DNA of 60,691 bases, the filler included, from an uncultured Methanosarcinales archaeon (lineage in GTDB: Archaea > Nanobdellota > Nanobdellia > Woesearchaeales > CAYSVS01), in NCBI GenBank assembly GCA_964589485.1. It is 5 parts of 3 records of this genome, joined end to end, with 100 filler letters (N's around TTAATTAATTAA, not from the genome) between each part and the next. Parts side by side here need not be neighbours in the genome. Positions count along the whole stretch, not along the records: positions 1 to 14,903 come from CAZPRK010000001.1; 4 more parts are not named here. One strand, written 5' to 3'. A program made the translations under genes and the position numbers. The notes under the pieces were generated by a model. It did not search any database. It was given only the letters and a program-made list of their open reading frames with translations, and was not told where the DNA came from. This document shows positions 1 to 9,231 of this stretch, in pieces. The stretch's first letter is position 1, and every line of letters begins with the position of its first letter.

Positions 1-391
1 AAAATAACTCATTTTCGAAAAATTTACCATCTTTATCGAATTCAAAAACTTCATGTTCAATAATATCGCTACTTTTAGCAAAAACTTCTAATAATTTTTT
101 AATATTTTCTTTAGTTCCTTTAGGTCCAAATATTTGAAGTTTATTTGAATATGAATTTGCACCTAATGTCATCATTAAACCAGGTATACCTAATACATGG
201 TCTCCATGCCAATGCGAAATTAACAATTTAGTTAATTTTGGAGCTTTGAAGCCAGATATTTTCATTTGTCTTTGAGTTCCTTCTCCGCAATCAAATAAGA
301 TATTTTCAGCTTTATAACTAAGTACAAAACTACTATGGTTTCTATCTTTAGTTGGTTGCATACAACTTGTTCCAAAAAATGTTACTTCCAT
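1..391 (-). CDS. rnz: Ribonuclease Z (5' part; runs off window start)
   Basis: Manual translation from ATG at 391: MEVTFFGTSCMQPTKDRNH...LFDCGEGTQRQ...LISHWHGDHVLG, the metallo-beta-lactamase HxHxDH motif of RNase Z. Confidence 0.93.
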   Translation of the reverse strand, partial: MEVTFFGTSCMQPTKDRNHSSFVLSYKAENILFDCGEGTQRQMKISGFKAPKLTKLLISHWHGDHVLGIPGLMMTLGANSYSNKLQIFGPKGTKENIKKLLEVFAKSSDIIEHEVFEFDKDGKFFENELF

Positions 392-494
392 ATTGTTATT
401 TTATTTACTATATTTATAAAAAGATTGTTATTTTCTTTATTTTCTATATTGTAAATAAATACCTTTATTAAATATTCAAAATATATATCTTAAA

Positions 495-1022
495 ATGCCT
501 AAACTGATGGAAGTTAAATTATTAAAAGATAGATTAATATCTGAAGATACTGATGAAGCTCGAGATTTATACTCTCAAAGTAGATTTGGAGAAATAGTTG
601 AAGGTAAAGTTGAATTATCTTTTTACGAGGCTCTTTATTTATTAGAAAAGAAAAAAATAAATATTATTGATTATAGAAAAAATAAATTAACTTCCCATGT
701 TTTAACTAAAAAGGCTCAAAAAAATAAACATGATTTTCTAACCAAGTATACTGTTTTTAAAGATATGAGAAATAGAGGGTATATTGTAAAAACAGCTTTA
801 AAATTTGGAGCTGATTTTCGTGTATATGATAGAGGAGTTAAACCTGGTGAAGATCACGCTAAATGGGTTTTATTTCCTGTACATGAAGGAAATACATTAA
901 CTTGGCATGATTTTGCTGCAAAAAATAGGGTTGCCCATTCCACTAGAAAAAAGCTTTTAATTTGTTGTGTAGATGATGAAGGAGATACAACTTATTGGGA
1001 AATTAGTTGGAAAAGACCTTAA
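495..1022 (+). CDS. endA: tRNA-intron splicing endonuclease, single-unit 175 aa
   Basis: LSFYEALYL, GYIVKTALKFGADFRVY, HAKW, RVAHSTRKK catalytic motifs. Confidence 0.95.
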   Translation: MPKLMEVKLLKDRLISEDTDEARDLYSQSRFGEIVEGKVELSFYEALYLLEKKKINIIDYRKNKLTSHVLTKKAQKNKHDFLTKYTVFKDMRNRGYIVKTALKFGADFRVYDRGVKPGEDHAKWVLFPVHEGNTLTWHDFAAKNRVAHSTRKKLLICCVDDEGDTTYWEISWKRP

Positions 1023-1075
1023 TTGTAAACTACAGAACCAAAAAGCTATTAAACCACTTTATGATATTTTTTTTC

Positions 1076-2212
1076 ATGAAAGATAAAATATTTAAGTTTG
1101 TTTCTGAGAGGGGCCCAATTTTATCTAAAGATGTTTCTAGACATTTTGCTATTACTTCTACATATTCTGGAGCTTATTTATCAGAACTAATTCAAGATAA
1201 AAAATTATTATTTTCACATATAAAAGTAGGTACATCTCCTTTATATTTTACACCTGAACAAAAACCTAAGATTACAAGTTTATTTGAACATATGAATAGT
1301 AAAGATAAAGAAACTTTTAATTTACTTCATGAAAAGAAAGTATTAAGAGATAACCAATTACCTACTATTAGTAGAGTTTCTTTAAGAAATTTAAAAGATT
1401 TTGCTTACCCTATTAGTGTAACTATTAAAGGTCAGAAAGAAATTTTTTGGAAATGGTTTACATTAAGTAATGAAGAAGTATACAAATTTATTCAACCTCA
1501 AAAAGAAGAAGAACCACAAAAAGAGGAAAAACCATCTAAAGAGTCAGAACAGGAAAAACTAATAAAATTAAAACATTTATTGGATGAAGAAAAAAAAGCT
1601 TTAGAAAATGAAAAAATTTTACTTAAACAACAGTTAATTGAATCTGAAAATAAATTTAAAAAAGATTTTGAAGAAAAGCTTAAAGAATCAGCAAATACTG
1701 CTAACTCTAATGAAATTGAAGAATTAAAGAAAATAATCGAAAATGATAGAATAAAGTATGAAAAACATATATCTGAATTAGAATCTAATAATGTTGATGA
1801 TGTGAAAAAAAATTATGAAGCTGAAATTAATGAACTAAAATTACAATTAAATCAAGATGAAGTTTTCACAAATTCATCTGAAATAAAAAATGAATCTGAT
1901 GAATTCTTATTAAAATGTAAAGTATATTTTGAAGATAAAAATATTGAAATAATTAGTTATAATATAATTAAACAAGATTCTGAAATTGAATTTATGTTAA
2001 ATGTCCCTTCTGTTTTAGGAAAATCTGATTTTTATTGTAGAGCTAAAAATAAAAAAAGATGTAATGAAGGTGATTTGAGTACAGCTTTTGTATCTGGTCA
2101 AATTAAAAAATTACCTACTTTATTTTTATCCCCTGGGGATATTACTAAAAAATCACAATCGATGTTATTAAACGAATTTAAAAATACTTTATTTTATAAA
2201 AAGTTGGAATAA
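1076..2212 (+). CDS. Hypothetical protein: winged-helix-like N-terminus, central coiled coil, alpha/beta C-terminal domain
   Basis: Long ORF; ATG at 1076 is more plausible than the track's TTG at 1007; E/K-rich heptad region in the middle. Confidence 0.7.
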   Translation: MKDKIFKFVSERGPILSKDVSRHFAITSTYSGAYLSELIQDKKLLFSHIKVGTSPLYFTPEQKPKITSLFEHMNSKDKETFNLLHEKKVLRDNQLPTISRVSLRNLKDFAYPISVTIKGQKEIFWKWFTLSNEEVYKFIQPQKEEEPQKEEKPSKESEQEKLIKLKHLLDEEKKALENEKILLKQQLIESENKFKKDFEEKLKESANTANSNEIEELKKIIENDRIKYEKHISELESNNVDDVKKNYEAEINELKLQLNQDEVFTNSSEIKNESDEFLLKCKVYFEDKNIEIISYNIIKQDSEIEFMLNVPSVLGKSDFYCRAKNKKRCNEGDLSTAFVSGQIKKLPTLFLSPGDITKKSQSMLLNEFKNTLFYKKLE

Positions 2213-2214
2213 TA

Positions 2215-3246
2215 ATGGGAGTTAAAATTTTTGACTTGTTACCAAGTAAACAGATAGAATTAAAAGAACTATCTGGTAAAGTAATTCTTTTAGATGCTTC
2301 TTTAGTTTTATATCAATTTTTATCAACAATTAGACAAAGGGATGGAACTCCGCTTAAAGATAGTCAAGGAAGAATTACAAGTCATTTAGTAGGATTATTT
2401 AGTAGAACTACAAATTTAATGCAACAAGGAATTAAAATTGCGTTTGTTTTTGATGGAAAATCACCGGAATTAAAAAAAAAGGAACAGGAAAGAAGATGGA
2501 AATTAAAACAAGCAGCTGAGCAAAAATATGAAGAAGCAGTAGTATCAAAAGATTTGGATAATATGCTTAAATATGCTTCACGAACATCTAAATTAACTCC
2601 TGAATTAATTACTGAAGCTAAAGAATTAATTTCATCATTAGGACTACCAATAATTCAAGCTCCTTCTGAAGCTGAAGCACAAGCAGCTTATATGGTTGCA
2701 AAAGGAAACGCTTTTGCAGTTGGAACGCAAGATGCAGATTCTTTTATGTTTGGTGCTGCAAGGTTAATTAAAAATTTAACAATTTCAGGAAAACGAAAAT
2801 TACCAGGAAAATTATCTTATGTTACAATAAAACCAGAGTTGATAGACTTACCATCTTCACTAAATGCATTAGGAATTGATAGAGAACAATTAATAGCATT
2901 GTGTATGTTAATTGGGACGGACTTTAATCCAGGCGGAATAAAAGGAGTAGGGCCTAAAAATGCTTTAAAATATATAAAACAATATGAAAAAGATTTTGAT
3001 GATATGTTTGAAGATTTGAAATGGGATGATTTTTTTGAAAATAAGTGGAACGAAATATATTATACTATTAAAAATATCCCTGTGACTGATAATTTTGATT
3101 TGAGTTGGCATGAAATAGATGTAGATAAAGTAACTAATATTCTTACATCGCATGATTTTTCTTTAGAAAGAATTAATGCCACTCTTGAGAAATTACAAAA
3201 GAATAATAAAGACAAGAAACAAAAGTCATTAAACAAATGGTTTTAG
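2215..3246 (+). CDS. fen: Flap endonuclease 1
   Basis: MGVK start, LYQFLSTIRQRDGTPL, FVFDG, EAEAQAA, GTDFNPGGIKGVG, C-terminal PIP box QKSLNKWF. Confidence 0.97.
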   Translation: MGVKIFDLLPSKQIELKELSGKVILLDASLVLYQFLSTIRQRDGTPLKDSQGRITSHLVGLFSRTTNLMQQGIKIAFVFDGKSPELKKKEQERRWKLKQAAEQKYEEAVVSKDLDNMLKYASRTSKLTPELITEAKELISSLGLPIIQAPSEAEAQAAYMVAKGNAFAVGTQDADSFMFGAARLIKNLTISGKRKLPGKLSYVTIKPELIDLPSSLNALGIDREQLIALCMLIGTDFNPGGIKGVGPKNALKYIKQYEKDFDDMFEDLKWDDFFENKWNEIYYTIKNIPVTDNFDLSWHEIDVDKVTNILTSHDFSLERINATLEKLQKNNKDKKQKSLNKWF

Positions 3247-4112
3247 AATGGTATGTATTTGCATTATTAGCTAGTTTATTTTTAGCGGTAGCTCATATTT
3301 TTGAAAAAAAAGTATTAACTATAGAACATAGCGTAGAATATGCTTCAACTAAAACTTTTTTTACTTTATTATTTGCTTTATTTATAATCCCGTTTGCAGA
3401 CTTAAATATAAGTATTGAAAATCTTTTATTTCTTTATTTTGTATCTTTATTTGTTACTATGGCAATTGTTTTTAGAGTTAAAGCTTTCAGGCATATGGAC
3501 CTTTCATTAGCAGTTCCTTTCTTAAATTTTCAACCATTAGTTATAGTTATTTTTGCTTTTTTATTTCTAGGAGAAACTATTACTTTAAGTCAATTATTTG
3601 GGATTTTAATTATAGTATTTGGTGCTTATTTACTTGAAGCCGATGGGCATTTAAGGAATTATAAACAATTATTTGAAAAAATTAAAAGTTCTAAATATTT
3701 ACATTATATTCTTTATGCAATAATTTTTATGAGTATTGAAGCTATATTAGAAAAAAAATATTTAAGCTTAAATCCTAATTTTTTCACCTTTACTTTTTAT
3801 TTTTGGTTTTTCACCTTTGTTAATTTTTTATTAATAATCATATTTAGATATGATGGAATAAATCAAATTAAGAAAGGTATTAGAGAAAGTAAATTATGGA
3901 TTGTATTAATATCTTTTTTTATGTTTGCTTCTTCTATTATGACTTTTAAGGCTATAACATTAGGACCTATTAGTTTAGTGATAGCAATTAAAAGGCTTGG
4001 AAGTGTTTTTTCTACTGTAGTTGGAGGTTTAACCTACCATGAACCGCATATTTTATTAAGAGCATTTTGTTCTTTACTTATGTTTGTTGGGGCTTATTTA
4101 ATTATAATATGA
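3237..4112 (+). CDS. DMT/EamA-family membrane transporter
   Basis: About 10 hydrophobic segments in two repeats, FLFLGETIT...GILIIVFG motif. Confidence 0.85.
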   Translation: MVLEWYVFALLASLFLAVAHIFEKKVLTIEHSVEYASTKTFFTLLFALFIIPFADLNISIENLLFLYFVSLFVTMAIVFRVKAFRHMDLSLAVPFLNFQPLVIVIFAFLFLGETITLSQLFGILIIVFGAYLLEADGHLRNYKQLFEKIKSSKYLHYILYAIIFMSIEAILEKKYLSLNPNFFTFTFYFWFFTFVNFLLIIIFRYDGINQIKKGIRESKLWIVLISFFMFASSIMTFKAITLGPISLVIAIKRLGSVFSTVVGGLTYHEPHILLRAFCSLLMFVGAYLIII

Positions 4113-5095
4113 AATGTTTAAAAATTCCCTTTAAGGATGCCGAAAAGGTAAGAAAAATATTAACTAAACATGATTTAATTAATTTTAATTATAAATTTGA
4201 AAAGGATAAAAATAATTTATACTTACCTATTAATTCAACAAATTTACCTAAATCTTTACAAAAATTTGAAATTAAAAATAAAATATTGGTTAAAAGACAA
4301 AAAGAATTAACTTTTGAAGATCAATTAAAAAAACTATTAACTAAAAAAGAACTTTCTTTACTAACCCGTGCCTATGATGTTGTAGGAAAAATTGCTATCA
4401 TGGATATTCCTGTTGAATTATATTCTAAAGAGAAAAAAATAGGTGAAGCATTATTATCAAAAAATATAACAACAGTTTTACGTAAAAATGGAATACATTC
4501 AGGTAAATTTAGAACTCAAAAATTAAAATATTTAGCAGGAATAAAAACAAAAGAAACTATACATAGAGAAAATGGTTTTTTTTTGAAATTAAATGTAGAA
4601 GATGTTTATTTTTCAGTTAGAAGTGGAAATGAAAGGTTAAGGATTAAGAATAAAGTTAAGCCTAATGAGAATATATTAGTTATGTTTTCTGGTTGTGCAC
4701 CATTTGTTTTAGCTTGTTCTAAAGCTAACGTTACCGGGGTAGAATTAAATCCTATAGCTCATAAATATGCTGAAGAAAATTTGAAGTTAAATAAAATTAC
4801 AAATGTTAAATTGTATAATAAAGATGTTCGTAAAGTTAAGTTAGGAAAGTTTGATAGAATTATTATGCCTTTACCAAAATCAGCTGAAGATTTTCTTGAT
4901 TTGGCTATTAAACATTCAAAACCTGGAACTTTAATACATTTATATTTATTTTTATGTGATTCTACTACTCCAAAGGCAAAAAAAAGAATAAAAGAAATAT
5001 TTGGTAAAACTAAATATAGAATCCAACGTATTGTTAAGTGTGGTCAACATTCACCTGGAGTTTATCGGTGTTGTTTAGATATTAAAGTATTATAA
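4109..5095 (+). CDS. Trm5/TYW2 (Met-10+) family tRNA methyltransferase
   Basis: YDVVGKIAI, VYFSVRSGNERLRI, VMFSG, VELNP, FDRIIMPLP; likely ATG at 4109 overlapping the upstream stop. Confidence 0.9.
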   Translation: MKCLKIPFKDAEKVRKILTKHDLINFNYKFEKDKNNLYLPINSTNLPKSLQKFEIKNKILVKRQKELTFEDQLKKLLTKKELSLLTRAYDVVGKIAIMDIPVELYSKEKKIGEALLSKNITTVLRKNGIHSGKFRTQKLKYLAGIKTKETIHRENGFFLKLNVEDVYFSVRSGNERLRIKNKVKPNENILVMFSGCAPFVLACSKANVTGVELNPIAHKYAEENLKLNKITNVKLYNKDVRKVKLGKFDRIIMPLPKSAEDFLDLAIKHSKPGTLIHLYLFLCDSTTPKAKKRIKEIFGKTKYRIQRIVKCGQHSPGVYRCCLDIKVL

Positions 5096-5133
5096 CCATC
5101 ACATTAATAAACATACAACTTCTAATACTAATT

Positions 5134-5198
5134 GCGCAATGAATTAGTGAACACCCACTGAGCTAATGCTGTGAAGAACGTGAGTAACTGATGAGCGC
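5134..5198 (+). ncRNA. Candidate C/D-box guide sRNA (two kink-turns)
   Basis: GCGC terminal stem; degenerate C box ATGAATT 5139-5145, D' CTGA 5158-5161, C' GTGAAGA 5171-5177, D CTGA 5188-5191; TATA-like TTAATAAA at 5104-5111 and T4 downstream. Confidence 0.6.
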
Positions 5199-5203
5199 TT
5201 TTA

Positions 5204-8200
5204 TCAATATTCATCCCAACTCATAATTTTCATTTCATTTTCAGAATTAAATTCTAACGCTTCTGCCATTTGAATTGTAACTTGAACATTTGTTATTAAA
5301 GGAATTCCAAAATCAACAGCCATTCTTCTTATAGCATAATCATTTTTTAATTCATTCCTATCATTACTTTTAGGTATGTTAATTACTAAATCAATTTTTC
5401 TAGTTGATAAATAATCTTTTATATTTGGGTTTTCTTCACTAAATGGCCAATGCAATGTGGTGCAATCAATTTCATTTTCAGCAAGAAAATTAGAAGTTCC
5501 AGAAGTACCATATAACTTATATCCTAATTTTACTAATTTTTTTATACTTTTTAATAATTTAACTTTTTGATCTAAGGAACCAGTAGATAATAATATTCCT
5601 TTTTGTGGAATTTTAAATCCAACGCTTATCATAGACTTCAAAAAAGCTTCATTTAATTCATCTCCTAAACATGCAACTTCACCAGTTGAAGCCATTTCCA
5701 CTCCTAATGTTGGATCTGCTCCTTTTAAACGAGAAAAACTAAATTGTGGCGCTTTTACTCCAACATAATCAACATCAAACAAACTTCTTTCAACTTCAAT
5801 TAACTCTTTACCCATTATGGCTTGTGTAGCTAAGTCTATCATATTTTTTTTATATATTTTAGAACAAAAAGGAAAACTTCTTGATGCTCTTAAATTACAT
5901 TCAATAACTTTAATTGTATTTTTAGTTGCAATATATTGAATATTGAAAGGTCCAGTTATGTTTAATTTTTCAGCTATTTGTCTAGTTATTTTTTTAACTT
6001 TTCTAATAGTTTCAATATATAATTTCTGTGCAGGTAAAACAATAGTGGCATCACCTGAATGAACACCTGCATTTTCAATATGTTCTGACATTGCATAAAT
6101 TATTATTCTTCCATTACAAGCAACTGCATCAACTTCAATTTCTTTTGCATTTTCAATAAATTTACTTATTACTACTGGGAATTCTTTATTGATTTCAACT
6201 GCTTCTAGTAAATATTTTTCTAAACTTTCATCATCCCATACAACATTCATTGCAGCTCCGCTAAGTACATAACTAGGACGAATTAAAACAGGATAACCAA
6301 CAATGTTTGCAAACACTTTAGCTTCTTCTAAATTAGTCAATTCTTTCCAATCGGGTTGATCTACTTGAAGTTCATCTAACATTTGAGAAAACTTATGTCT
6401 ATTTTCTGCATTATCTATGTTATTTGGCGAAGTACCTAATATTTTCACATTAGAATTATGTAATCTCATAGATAAATTATTAGGAATTTGTCCCCCCATT
6501 GAAACAATAACTCCAATTGGATTTTCGAATTCATAAATATCTAAAACTCTTTCAAAAGTTAATTCTTCAAAATAAAGTTTATCACATTCATCATAATCAG
6601 TACTTACTGTTTCAGGATTATAATTAATCATTATAGATTTATAATTCATTTTTTGTAAACTTTTAACAGCATTTACGCAACACCAATCAAACTCTACGCT
6701 ACTTCCAATTCTATAACTTCCGCTTCCTAGAACTATTACTGAGTTATTTTCACGTGTAACATCATTATGAGTCCCATTATAAGTTAAGTAAAGATAATTC
6801 GTATGTGCTGGAAATTCTGCAGCAAGTGTATCTATTTGTTTTACTACAGGAATTATCCCCATATCTTTTCTTATTTTTCGAATTTCTAATAAATTTTTAT
6901 TTTTAATTTTACCTATTTGATAATCACTAAATCCATATTTTTTAGCTTTTAAAATTAAATCAAAATTAATTTCAGAATATAACTCTTTTTCACAATTAAT
7001 TATATTTTTTAATTTGAATAAAAACCATTTATCTATTTGGGTTATTTCATATATTCTATCTACACTCCATCCTAATTTTAAAGCTTCACCTATTGCAAAA
7101 ACTCTTCTATCTGTTGGGTATTTTAATTCATTTTCCAAATCATCGAACTTAATTGAATTTTGTGTTAATCCATGCATGCCATTTGCAACCATTCTTAATG
7201 CTTTTTGTAAGGCTTCTTCGAATTTCCTTCCAATGCTCATTACTTCACCTACACTTTTCATTTCACTTCCAATTTGTTTATCGACTTCTTTGAACTTCTT
7301 TAAGTCCCATCGTGGCATTTTAATTACACAATAATCTAAAGCTGGTTCAAAACATGCCATTGTTTTTTTAGTAATTTTATTTTCAATTTCAGTCAAAGAA
7401 AAACCTAATGCTAATTTAGCTGCAATGAATGCCAAAGGATAACCTGTAGCTTTAGAAGCTAATGCACTACTTCTACTTAGTCTCGCATTAACTTCAATAA
7501 TTCTATAATCTTCAGAAAACGGATCTAATGCATATTGAATATTACATTCACCAATAATTCCTAGTTTTTTTATTACTTTTATTGCAATTTCTCTCAATTT
7601 ATGATATTCATTATTTGTTAATGTCTGAGAAGGAGCAACTACTATACTTTCTCCCGTATGTATTCCTAATGGATCAAAATTTTCCATGTTACATACAGTA
7701 ATACAATTATCAAATTTATCCCTTACAACTTCATATTCTATTTCTTTCCATCCACCTAACCACTCTTCAACCAAAACTTGAGGGGATGCAGTAAACGCTT
7801 CAGTACATCTTGTTCTAAGTTCATTTTCATCTTTACAAATTCCGCTTCCTTTTCCGCCTAATGCATATGCAACTCTAATCATTACAGGAAAACCAATTGA
7901 ATTAGCGGCATTAATTGCTTCATCAAAAGTAGATGTAGCTACACTTTTAGGTGTTTTAACATTAATTTCTCGAAGCACTTTTGCAAATAAATCTCTGTCT
8001 TCTGTAGATTTAATTGCTTCAACACTTGTTCCTAATACTTTTACATTATGTTTTTCTAAAATACCTTCATCGTATAATTCAACACCACAATTTAATGCAG
8101 TTTGTCCGCCAAATGCTAACATTATTCCATCTGGTTTTTCTTTTTCTATAACCGATTCAACGAATTCTTTAGTAATTGGAAGAAAATATATTTTATCAGC

Positions 8201-8362
8201 CATACCTTTGCTAGTTTGGTGCGTTGCAATATTTGGATTTATTAAAACTGTTTTAATTCCTTCTTCTTTTAACGCTTTTAAACATTGTGAACCTGAAAAA
8301 TCAAATTCACCTGCTTGGCCAATTTTTAAACCACCGCTCCCAACAACTAAAACTTTTTTCAT
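5204..8362 (-). CDS. carB: Carbamoyl-phosphate synthase large subunit
   Basis: GSGGLKIGQAGEFDFSG, duplicated ATP-grasp halves, C-terminal MGS domain, 1052 aa. Confidence 0.98.
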   Translation of the reverse strand: MKKVLVVGSGGLKIGQAGEFDFSGSQCLKALKEEGIKTVLINPNIATHQTSKGMADKIYFLPITKEFVESVIEKEKPDGIMLAFGGQTALNCGVELYDEGILEKHNVKVLGTSVEAIKSTEDRDLFAKVLREINVKTPKSVATSTFDEAINAANSIGFPVMIRVAYALGGKGSGICKDENELRTRCTEAFTASPQVLVEEWLGGWKEIEYEVVRDKFDNCITVCNMENFDPLGIHTGESIVVAPSQTLTNNEYHKLREIAIKVIKKLGIIGECNIQYALDPFSEDYRIIEVNARLSRSSALASKATGYPLAFIAAKLALGFSLTEIENKITKKTMACFEPALDYCVIKMPRWDLKKFKEVDKQIGSEMKSVGEVMSIGRKFEEALQKALRMVANGMHGLTQNSIKFDDLENELKYPTDRRVFAIGEALKLGWSVDRIYEITQIDKWFLFKLKNIINCEKELYSEINFDLILKAKKYGFSDYQIGKIKNKNLLEIRKIRKDMGIIPVVKQIDTLAAEFPAHTNYLYLTYNGTHNDVTRENNSVIVLGSGSYRIGSSVEFDWCCVNAVKSLQKMNYKSIMINYNPETVSTDYDECDKLYFEELTFERVLDIYEFENPIGVIVSMGGQIPNNLSMRLHNSNVKILGTSPNNIDNAENRHKFSQMLDELQVDQPDWKELTNLEEAKVFANIVGYPVLIRPSYVLSGAAMNVVWDDESLEKYLLEAVEINKEFPVVISKFIENAKEIEVDAVACNGRIIIYAMSEHIENAGVHSGDATIVLPAQKLYIETIRKVKKITRQIAEKLNITGPFNIQYIATKNTIKVIECNLRASRSFPFCSKIYKKNMIDLATQAIMGKELIEVERSLFDVDYVGVKAPQFSFSRLKGADPTLGVEMASTGEVACLGDELNEAFLKSMISVGFKIPQKGILLSTGSLDQKVKLLKSIKKLVKLGYKLYGTSGTSNFLAENEIDCTTLHWPFSEENPNIKDYLSTRKIDLVINIPKSNDRNELKNDYAIRRMAVDFGIPLITNVQVTIQMAEALEFNSENEMKIMSWDEY

Positions 8363-8703
8363 TTTTCTTTTTTTTTAACTTCTAACCAAATTTGTCTAGC
8401 TTCCTTTTTAGTCACTTTTTTATTTTCTAAAATATACGGTTTCCGTCTTAAAATTTTATCATTAGCTTTTTTTACTATGTTGTCAAATTTTAACAACCCT
8501 TTTTTTTCTGCAAGTAAACTCAAATGAAACCAATCCATTAAAACATCTCCTAATTCATCAGTTAATTCTTCTGAATTTTCTAATGCACTTTCAACTTCTT
8601 CTATCTCACTTTTTAGTTCTTCAATATACCCATTAATCCCTCTGTCTTCAACCCAAGGGTCTAACTCAATACTTTTTCTAACTAATTTTTCAAAATCTTT
8701 CAT
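8359..8703 (-). CDS. MazG-like nucleotide pyrophosphohydrolase
   Basis: DPW...EIEEV...DELGDVL...KILRRKP...W motif set. Confidence 0.85.
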   Translation of the reverse strand: MKDFEKLVRKSIELDPWVEDRGINGYIEELKSEIEEVESALENSEELTDELGDVLMDWFHLSLLAEKKGLLKFDNIVKKANDKILRRKPYILENKKVTKKEARQIWLEVKKKEK

Positions 8704-9230
8704 TTTAACATTTCTTTAAATTTTTCTTTATTGTTTAACATATACATAGTTATTTCTGTTCCCCAATAATCGCCAGATTTCATTATTTTAGATAATTCGT
8801 CAAAGTCAACTAATAAATTTGTAATTTTTTCTCCTGCATCAAGTTTTTGTTCGGTTATTTTTTTACAATTTTTAGCTATGTAAACATGTACAGTCCATTC
8901 AATTTTATGTTCTGGATCAAATTGCATTAATAATTCTAAATTTTCTCCTTCGTATCCTGTTTCTTCCAATAATTCTCTTTTAGCTGATTCTTCTGGCTTT
9001 TCATTGTTATTAACTCTTCCACATGGAAAAGTATAAAATTTAGGTTTTCTCGGTTGTTCTTCTTCATTTATTAAAAAACTATTTCCTACAACAGGAATAA
9101 CAACAATTGTATCTGGTCTTTTTAACATTTCAAAAGTTTCAAATGTTCCATCAAACATTTCTTGTTGCCATTGATAAACATCAAATATTTTTCCTTTAAA
9201 TTTTAATTCTGCATTTTTTGGTATTTTCAT
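8700..9230 (-). CDS. Nudix hydrolase (ADP-ribose pyrophosphatase-like)
   Basis: Nudix box GRVNNNEKPEESAKRELLEETG; QKLDAGE. Confidence 0.9.
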   Translation of the reverse strand: MKIPKNAELKFKGKIFDVYQWQQEMFDGTFETFEMLKRPDTIVVIPVVGNSFLINEEEQPRKPKFYTFPCGRVNNNEKPEESAKRELLEETGYEGENLELLMQFDPEHKIEWTVHVYIAKNCKKITEQKLDAGEKITNLLVDFDELSKIMKSGDYWGTEITMYMLNNKEKFKEMLK

Positions 9231-9231
9231 T

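Noticed and set aside
5143..5172. Minus-strand TAGCTCAGTGG resembling a tRNA D-arm or split-tRNA half
   Set aside because: No closing GAGC, anticodon arm or acceptor partner
5188..5198. CTGATGAG resembling a hammerhead ribozyme core
   Set aside because: No stem II followed by GAAA and no cleavage-site helix; C/D K-turn reading fits better
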